A stretch of DNA of 64,000 nucleotides, taken from positions 32,001 through 96,000 of the forward strand of contig BTUM01000018.1 in NCBI GenBank assembly GCA_045863235.1. The letters are read 5' to 3'. The notes beneath the pieces are model-generated. The model worked only from the letters and a program-made list of their open reading frames with translations. It was not told the DNA's origin and ran no database searches. The number at the start of each line of letters is the position of its first letter. Within the stretch, counting starts at the first letter, position 1. Origin of the DNA: Candidatus Xenobia bacterium. Its GTDB lineage: Bacteria; Vulcanimicrobiota; Xenobia; Xenobiales; QWHO01. A program made the translations under genes and the position numbers. Below, piece after piece: positions 57,880 through 64,000 of the stretch.

Positions 57880-59102
57880 GACGACGACAGCGGGGATACG
57901 CTCTGGCGCTGACCCTGGCCATGCTCTCGGTGCTGGTGCTGGTGATCGTGGGGATGGCCCGTAACGGGGACGCCAGTCTGAACGCAGCCCGCATCCAGCA
58001 ACGCTCAGACCGGGCTCTCTATGCCGCTGAGAGCGGCGTGGCCGCCGCTCTGGTGGGCCTCAAGAAGGATGCGGAGTTTTCCGGAACCAAAGCCACTCTG
58101 GGCCCCGAGAAGTATTCGGTCACCGTCTATCGCCCCGGCAGCAAGGTTCCCAACGAGGCCAGCGTGCCGGCGGGGTGCGTCTACATCCTCTCTACCGGTT
58201 CCCTGGGCAGCACCTCGCGCCAGGTGGGAGTGACCGTCAAGCTTGGGGCGGGCTCCCGGCCAGTGACCGGGGCCTACTACGCCAACTCGCTGACGCTGGG
58301 CGGAGGGAGTTGGACCGACTCGTACGACTCCACCAAAGGAAGTTACAGCTCCCAGACGCCCGGGACAAAGGGGGACATCTCCACCAACTCCAAGGACCCT
58401 GGCAGCATCCAGCTCTCGGGCGGTTCCTATGTCAAGGGCACCATCTACGTCGGGGTGGGGGGAGTGGTCGGCCCGGGAACCCCCAAGTCGTCTACAAAGA
58501 ACACCAAGAATACCGTTTGGAAAGACGCCAAGACCTACAGCCTGGAAGAGGAAGCGCTGAGCAAGAAGGTCGAGCTTCCTGCTGTCACCGTGCCCAGCCT
58601 GGGTGCTTCCAAGGGCGACTTGAAGGTCAACTCTCAGGGGGCCTCCCCCGAGCCGGGCCGCTACGAGGACGTCAGCGTCTCCGGCGGTGGCACCCTGACG
58701 CTGGGCGCGGGGACCTACGTGCTCGACAGCCTGAAACTGACCGGCGGCGCCAAGCTGAGCACCACCGGAGCGGTGAGGATCTATGTCCGCAAGGAGCTCG
58801 ACCTGAGCGGCGGCGGGGTCGTCAATACCAGCGAAAAGCCGGCCAACCTGGTGTGGATGCTGGCCGAGGGCGCCGACGCCAAGATCACAGGAGGGGCCAA
58901 GTCGGCCATGGTGGTCTACGGTCCCAAGGCGGAGATCAAGCTGTCGGGGGGCAACGATCTCTTTGGAGCCATCGTGGGGGACGAAGTCACCGCCTCGGGT
59001 GGCTCCAAGGTGCACTATGACGAGGCGCTCTCGACCTTCAGCCTGGACGGGGCCGCCGGCTCCTCAGCCACGCGCACGATTCTGAGCTGGCAGCGCTTTT
59101 AG
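57876..59102 (+). CDS. PilX-like pilin with a C-terminal Gly-rich beta-solenoid domain
   Basis: QRG|YALALTL lacks Glu+5; ALYAAESG; repeated L[ST]GG motifs; GAIVG...VHYDEAL. Confidence 0.8.
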   Translation: MRRRQRGYALALTLAMLSVLVLVIVGMARNGDASLNAARIQQRSDRALYAAESGVAAALVGLKKDAEFSGTKATLGPEKYSVTVYRPGSKVPNEASVPAGCVYILSTGSLGSTSRQVGVTVKLGAGSRPVTGAYYANSLTLGGGSWTDSYDSTKGSYSSQTPGTKGDISTNSKDPGSIQLSGGSYVKGTIYVGVGGVVGPGTPKSSTKNTKNTVWKDAKTYSLEEEALSKKVELPAVTVPSLGASKGDLKVNSQGASPEPGRYEDVSVSGGGTLTLGAGTYVLDSLKLTGGAKLSTTGAVRIYVRKELDLSGGGVVNTSEKPANLVWMLAEGADAKITGGAKSAMVVYGPKAEIKLSGGNDLFGAIVGDEVTASGGSKVHYDEALSTFSLDGAAGSSATRTILSWQRF

Positions 59103-59122
59103 AGCGGACAACAGCCCGTGGC

Positions 59123-59737
59123 TCACTCCGAATCGTCGCTATAATAAGGCCATTCCGGCTCTTCAGGCACCTCGCCCAGCAGGCGTTTGTACCGCCCCAG
59201 AAGCTGGGGCGGCAGGGGAGCGAGCTCCACCCCCAGCATGTGGTTGCCCGAGTCGTGCCGACTGCACCAGCGCACCACGCCGCTCACCGTCAGTGGGATG
59301 CCTTCCACTTCCATCCGCACGCTGACGCCTCGTCCGACTTCGAGCGGCTCGCTGACCCCGAGACGGAGCCCTGAATGGGAGAGGTCGATCACCACCGCCG
59401 GCACTTTCGGGTCCGTCAGGTCGACCCGGAAGACCTTGGAGACGCGCTCGGCGCGTCTGCGGTCCAGAGCTGTTCGGGCCTGGTCGACCGGGCCGAAGTG
59501 CTGAGCGAGCTGGCTGTGCGCATCCGGCGGACCGAGCACGACGGCGGTATAGGAGCTGTCGTGCGAGAAATACTCCTCCACGCGGGCCTCGAGCAGCAGT
59601 GCCTCGCCGGCGAGGGCAACCTGCAGCTCCTGGTCGCCCTGAACGAGCGTTTCCGGGCACGTAAAGTGCAATCGGCCCCCCACGTAGGCCGTGACCACGA
59701 TTGCCGGCACCCGAGGCTTTCGGAACCTGCCGAGCAT
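59123..59737 (-). CDS. PilZ-domain protein
   Basis: DRRRAER, DLSHSG and GVVRW...LGVEL. Confidence 0.85.
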   Translation of the reverse strand: MLGRFRKPRVPAIVVTAYVGGRLHFTCPETLVQGDQELQVALAGEALLLEARVEEYFSHDSSYTAVVLGPPDAHSQLAQHFGPVDQARTALDRRRAERVSKVFRVDLTDPKVPAVVIDLSHSGLRLGVSEPLEVGRGVSVRMEVEGIPLTVSGVVRWCSRHDSGNHMLGVELAPLPPQLLGRYKRLLGEVPEEPEWPYYSDDSE

Positions 59738-59859
59738 CCTGGTGACTTCGGCTGCCAAGCTGCACCTGCCTGCCTGCAGGAGAAGGTGGCCTGAACCGGT
59801 TCAGGCCACCCTCTGGCAGTGATTCGGAGACGCTCAACCCACCCAGAGGCTGGAGGCTC

Positions 59860-60345
59860 TTATGATTGCGCTGCCCCGGCTTTCCCCTTCAGCAGCTTGG
59901 GGAGCAGGCGGATCAGGTCGGTGGTGGTGACGATGCCCACTGCCTTGTCGTTGTGGGTGATGATCACACGGTGGATCTTGGCCTCCAGCATGATCTCCAC
60001 CAGGTCCTCCACCGGCGAGTTCTCGTCGGCCTGGTAGACGGCCGGAGTCATGATGTCGGCCACCGTCCGCGAGTCGACTTCCCCGATCGAGAAGCCGTCG
60101 AACTCCTCTTCCTCCATCCAGACGTCCCGGTAGTAGTGGGGCCGGGCGGCATGGGGCAACATCTCGCCCTGCATTCCGGCCGTGTTGGCGATGTCCGTCA
60201 TCGAGACCACGCCGATAGGTCGACCCAGGTCCACCACGGGAGCGCCCGAGATCCCCCTCGAGGAGAACAGCTCCGCCAGTTCGGTGACCAGCATGTCGGG
60301 GGGGACGGTGATCAGCTTGCGCTGCATGATCTCTTTGGCCTTCAT
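59860..60345 (-). CDS. CBS-domain pair protein
   Basis: AKEIM..ISGAPVV..GVVSMTD and VADIMT..IHRVII..GIVTTTD. Confidence 0.92.
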   Translation of the reverse strand: MKAKEIMQRKLITVPPDMLVTELAELFSSRGISGAPVVDLGRPIGVVSMTDIANTAGMQGEMLPHAARPHYYRDVWMEEEEFDGFSIGEVDSRTVADIMTPAVYQADENSPVEDLVEIMLEAKIHRVIITHNDKAVGIVTTTDLIRLLPKLLKGKAGAAQS

Positions 60346-60538
60346 CTGTTTGGGCTCCTTCGCTTTGGTACCTTCAGACTATCCAGGGCGGGAAGGCGCT
60401 GAAATGATCCAGGTCACCTGCCTCGGGGAGAATCGCGCCAGGGCGGAGAGATTCCTCCATTGCAAAGGGCTTCGCAGGGACCGACCTCGTGGCGGGAGAA
60501 GGCCCGAGCTTGCATCACTTCCGGTGGAGGACCGTCCC

Positions 60539-61753
60539 GTGCACATCCTGCTGGCCGACAAGCTCGATCCCCGCGCCATCGAGCTCTTCAAGCAACCCGG
60601 CGTTCAGCTGAGCAACCGCCCCGAGCTGGGCCCCGACGACCTGCCCGCCCACCTGGGCGACGTCGAGGTGCTGGTGGTGCGCTCCACCAAAGTCAACGCC
60701 AGGGCCATCGAGGCCGCCCCGCGTCTGGGCCTGATCATCCGGGCCGGCTCGGGGGTCAACACCATCGACGTCGAGGCCGCCTCGGCTCGAGGCATCTTCG
60801 TGGCCAACTGCCCGGGAAAGAATGCGGCCGCCGTGGCCGAGCTGGCGGTGGGGCTGATCCTGTGCCTTGATCGGCGCATCTCCGACAACGTGGCCGATCT
60901 CCGGGCCGGCAAGTGGAACAAGAAGGAGTTCAGCAAGGCCGAGGGCCTGAAGGGGAAGTCGGTGGGTCTGATCGGCACGGGCCAGATCGCCCAGGAAGTC
61001 ATGGCCCGCCTGCGTCCCTTCGGGGTGCGCTTCGTGGCCTGGTCACGGAGCCTCACCCCCGAGAAGGCTGAAGAGCTGGGAGTCACCCGCTGTGCCGACC
61101 GGCTGGAGGTGGCCCGCCACGCTGACATCGTCAGCGTGCACGTGGCTCTGACCTCCGATACGAAGGGCTTCCTCAACCAGGCGTTCTTCGAGGCCATGAA
61201 GCCCGGGGCGCTGTTCATCAACACCTCGCGGGCCGAGGTGGTGGACCAGGCAGCCATGCTCAAAGCCCTGGAGGCCGGCAAGATCCGCGTCGGCACCGAC
61301 GTCTTCGAGAGCGAGCCCTCGGGCGGGGCGGCCGAGTTCGTCAGCCCGGTCGCTCAGCATCCTCAGGTGGTGGGCACGCACCACATCGGGGCCTCCACCC
61401 AGCAGGCCGAGTTCGAGACGGGCGAGGAGGCGGCCCGGATCGCCAACGCTTACCTGACCGGCCAGCCCATTCCCAACTGCGTCAACCTGCGCGACACGCC
61501 GCCCAACAGCTATGGCCTGCTGGTACGCCACGAGGACCGGGTCGGCGTGCTGGCCGGCGTCTTCCAGACCCTCAAGGAAGAGGGTTTGAACGTTCAGGAG
61601 ATGGAGAACCTGGTCTTCCAGGGGGCCAGGGCCGCCTGCGCCCAGATCTTGCTCGACAGCCCGGTCACCGAGAATGCTCTGGCACGGCTGGAGAAGTGCG
61701 ACGGAGTGCTGTGCGCTCGCAGCACCGAGCCGCTGACGCCGGTCACGGCGTGA
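60539..61753 (+). CDS. serA: D-3-phosphoglycerate dehydrogenase with ACT domain
   Basis: RAGSGVNTID, GTGQIA, INTSR, HIGAST and C-terminal HEDRVGVLA. GTG start with GGAGG RBS. Confidence 0.85.
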   Translation: MHILLADKLDPRAIELFKQPGVQLSNRPELGPDDLPAHLGDVEVLVVRSTKVNARAIEAAPRLGLIIRAGSGVNTIDVEAASARGIFVANCPGKNAAAVAELAVGLILCLDRRISDNVADLRAGKWNKKEFSKAEGLKGKSVGLIGTGQIAQEVMARLRPFGVRFVAWSRSLTPEKAEELGVTRCADRLEVARHADIVSVHVALTSDTKGFLNQAFFEAMKPGALFINTSRAEVVDQAAMLKALEAGKIRVGTDVFESEPSGGAAEFVSPVAQHPQVVGTHHIGASTQQAEFETGEEAARIANAYLTGQPIPNCVNLRDTPPNSYGLLVRHEDRVGVLAGVFQTLKEEGLNVQEMENLVFQGARAACAQILLDSPVTENALARLEKCDGVLCARSTEPLTPVTA

Positions 61754-62721
61754 GCCGTTCGGCCCAACTGGTCGAGCGCATCCTTCAGGGAGACCGCCGG
61801 GCCGCCGCCCGGGCCATCAGCCTGCTGGAGAACCACGCCCCCGAGGCGCGCGCCATCGCCGAGGGCCTGGCAGGGCATCGGGGCAAGAGCTTTCGGGTGG
61901 GGATCACGGGCCCCCCGGGGGCCGGCAAGTCCACCCTGGTGGACGGCCTGGCCCGCGAGCTGCGCAAGCGCGACCGCACCGTGGGGGTGGTCGCTGTCGA
62001 CCCCAGCTCGCCCTTCTCAGGCGGTGCGCTGCTCGGTGACCGGGTGCGCATGGGCCGCGCCCTGGAGGATCCGGGCGTGTTCGTGCGCAGCATGGCCAGC
62101 CGGGGCACCATGGGCGGGCTGGCCCGCTCGGCCCAGGAGGCGGCCGACGTGCTGGACGCTCTGGGCAAGGACTGGCTCATTCTGGAAACCGTGGGAGTGG
62201 GCCAGAGCGAGCTGGCGGTGGCGGCAGCCTGCGACGTCACCGTGGTGGTGCTGGTGCCCGAGGCGGGGGGAGCGGTGCAGGCGATGAAGGCCGGCCTGAT
62301 GGAGATCGCCGACCTCTTCGTGGTCAACAAGAGCGACCGCCCGGGCGCCGACGAGATGGTGGCTCAGCTGCGCGAGACGGCTCATTACCTGGACCGCGAA
62401 GGTTGGAAGGTTCCCATCCTCAAGGTCATCGCCATCCAGGAGCAGGGCCTGGAGGCCCTGCTCGACCGTCTGGAGAGCTACCGCGCCTGGCTGCAGGAGG
62501 GGGAACGGCTGGAAGAGAAGCGGCTGCGCCAGGCTGCCCTCCGGATTCGCGATCTGGTGCGAGCGCGGCTGGAAGAGCGTCTCTGGTTCGACCCCGAGGT
62601 CGATGCCGTCGTCCAAGAGAACGCCCGGCACGTGCTCGCGGGGCAGCTGGCCGTGCACCAGGCCGCCATCAACGTGTGGGGAACGGTGCGCGAGCGCCTG
62701 ACGAAGCTGGAAGGCATATGA
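61750..62721 (+). CDS. meaB: Methylmalonyl-CoA mutase-associated GTPase
   Basis: [37 protein letters not shown] and NKSD motifs. Confidence 0.93.
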   Translation: MSRSAQLVERILQGDRRAAARAISLLENHAPEARAIAEGLAGHRGKSFRVGITGPPGAGKSTLVDGLARELRKRDRTVGVVAVDPSSPFSGGALLGDRVRMGRALEDPGVFVRSMASRGTMGGLARSAQEAADVLDALGKDWLILETVGVGQSELAVAAACDVTVVVLVPEAGGAVQAMKAGLMEIADLFVVNKSDRPGADEMVAQLRETAHYLDREGWKVPILKVIAIQEQGLEALLDRLESYRAWLQEGERLEEKRLRQAALRIRDLVRARLEERLWFDPEVDAVVQENARHVLAGQLAVHQAAINVWGTVRERLTKLEGI

Positions 62722-63137
62722 GCGAAGCGCCTCTCAAGATCTTGATCGCCAAGGCCGGGCTCGACGGTCACGACCGGGGGGCCAAAGTGGTGGCCCGAGC
62801 CCTGCGCGACGCTGGCATGGAGGTCGTGTACACCGGCCTGTTCCAAACCCCCGAAATGATCGTGGAGGCAGCCATCCAGGAGGATGCCGACGCTGTCTGT
62901 CTGTCGATCCTGTCGGGCGCCCACATGACGCTGTTCCCGCGGGTCAAGGAGCTACTGGACAAAGAGGGCCTGCAGCACGTGCTGGTCTCGGGCGGGGGCA
63001 TCATACCGGCCGACGACATGGTCGAGCTCCAGGCCCTGGGGATGGGCCGGTTGTTTGGCCCCGGCTCGGGGCTGGAGGAGATCATTTCCTACTTTCGCGA
63101 GGAGATCCCGCGCCGCCGGCTGGCGCGCAAAGACTGA
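62718..63137 (+). CDS. Cobalamin-binding subunit of methylmalonyl-CoA mutase
   Basis: [12 protein letters not shown] (DxHxxG), SILSGAH and GGIIP. ATGA overlap with meaB. Confidence 0.92.
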   Translation: MSEAPLKILIAKAGLDGHDRGAKVVARALRDAGMEVVYTGLFQTPEMIVEAAIQEDADAVCLSILSGAHMTLFPRVKELLDKEGLQHVLVSGGGIIPADDMVELQALGMGRLFGPGSGLEEIISYFREEIPRRRLARKD

Positions 63138-63146
63138 GGAGGAGCC

Positions 63147-64000
63147 TTGAATATCCACGAGTACCAGGGGAAAGAGCTGATGGCCCGCTTCGGCGTGCCC
63201 ACCCCGCGAGGCAAGGTGGCGGCCACGCCCGAGGAGGCGAAGGCCCACGCTGCGGAGTTTGGGGGTAAGGTGGCCGTCAAGGCCCAGGTGCACATCGGGG
63301 GCCGCGGCAAGGCCGGCGGCATCAAGCTTGCCAGCTCGCCCGACGAGGCGCAGGCTCACGCCAGCAAGATCCTCGGGATGGACATCAAGGGCCTGACCGT
63401 GCACAAGGTGCTGGTGGAAGAGGCGCTGGAACTCGACAAAGAGTTTTATCTGGGCATCATCCTCGATCGCACCCGCTCGGCTCACTGCATCATGTTCAGC
63501 CCGATGGGCGGCATGGACATCGAGGAGGTGGCCGAGAAGCATCCCGATCAACTCAAGAAGGTGCACGTCAATCCCCTGCTCGGCCTGCTCAAGCACCAGG
63601 TGCGCGAGCTCGTCTACGCCTATGACCTGCCCGATGCCACGCGCAAGGACCTGGCCAACTTCATCGAGACGCTCTACAAGCTCTACAGCGGCATGGACTG
63701 CCTGCTCTCGGAGATCAATCCGCTGGCCATCACCAAAGATGGCCGCATGATCGCCGCCGACGCCAAGTTCACCTTCGATGAGAACGCGCTGTTTCGCCAC
63801 CCCGAGTTGGAAGAGCTGCGCGAGGTGGCCGAGTCGGACCCCTTCGAGCAGCGCGCTCATGAGGAACGCCTGGCTTACGTGCGGCTGCACGGTGAAGTGG
63901 GCGTGATCGGCAATGGGGCCGGCCTGGTGATGGGCACCCTGGATACGGTCAGCCGGGTGGGCGGCAAGCCCGCCAACTTCCTGGACGTGGGGGGTGGGGC
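63147..64000 (+). CDS. sucC: Succinyl-CoA synthetase beta subunit (3' truncated by the window edge)
   Basis: Not in the ORF track. Manual translation from TTG 63147 gives MNIHEYQGKEL...KAQVHIGGRGKAGG...EINPL...GNGAGLVM...PANFLDVGG. GGAGGAG RBS. Confidence 0.95.
   Translation, partial: MNIHEYQGKELMARFGVPTPRGKVAATPEEAKAHAAEFGGKVAVKAQVHIGGRGKAGGIKLASSPDEAQAHASKILGMDIKGLTVHKVLVEEALELDKEFYLGIILDRTRSAHCIMFSPMGGMDIEEVAEKHPDQLKKVHVNPLLGLLKHQVRELVYAYDLPDATRKDLANFIETLYKLYSGMDCLLSEINPLAITKDGRMIAADAKFTFDENALFRHPELEELREVAESDPFEQRAHEERLAYVRLHGEVGVIGNGAGLVMGTLDTVSRVGGKPANFLDVGGG

Overview
A high-GC bacterial chromosomal window with about 60 supportable CDSs. I found no rRNA, intact tRNA, CRISPR array, integrase or transposase. 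The housekeeping content is cls, a FadN-type dehydrogenase/thiolase/ltaE operon, lon, serA-meaB-B12-binding mutase subunit-sucC, an Fe-type ABC transporter with a 5-heme cytochrome, and an ACP-acyl-AMP ligase-acyltransferase fusion. It is interleaved with accessory DNA: two minor-pilin cassettes, two PilZ proteins, two large lipoproteins and toxin-antitoxin genes. Three things stand out. (1) At 1-1735 a radical SAM/SPASM-type enzyme is translationally coupled to at least three paralogous short proteins. They share a twin-arginine leader (KRRxF[LI]ADxLFAG), and the two complete ones carry repeated Pro-flanked, Gly-centred motifs. This is a candidate undescribed RiPP-like or secreted-peptide modification system. 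A Tat-exported HExxH protein and a core-less NHLP-leader-like protein lie nearby. (2) At 31.2-34.0 kb three copies of a ~140-bp element (a tRNA-3'-end-like core plus TGATCACC-type repeats 11 bp apart) separate small ATPase and toxin-antitoxin cargo cassettes. (3) At 17.1-23.2 kb a 6-kb segment is bounded by a 65-bp duplication of a gene's 3' end that differs only at synonymous sites, and it contains truncated HNH and PiT gene remnants. All functional calls come from motif recognition by eye; no database searches were run.
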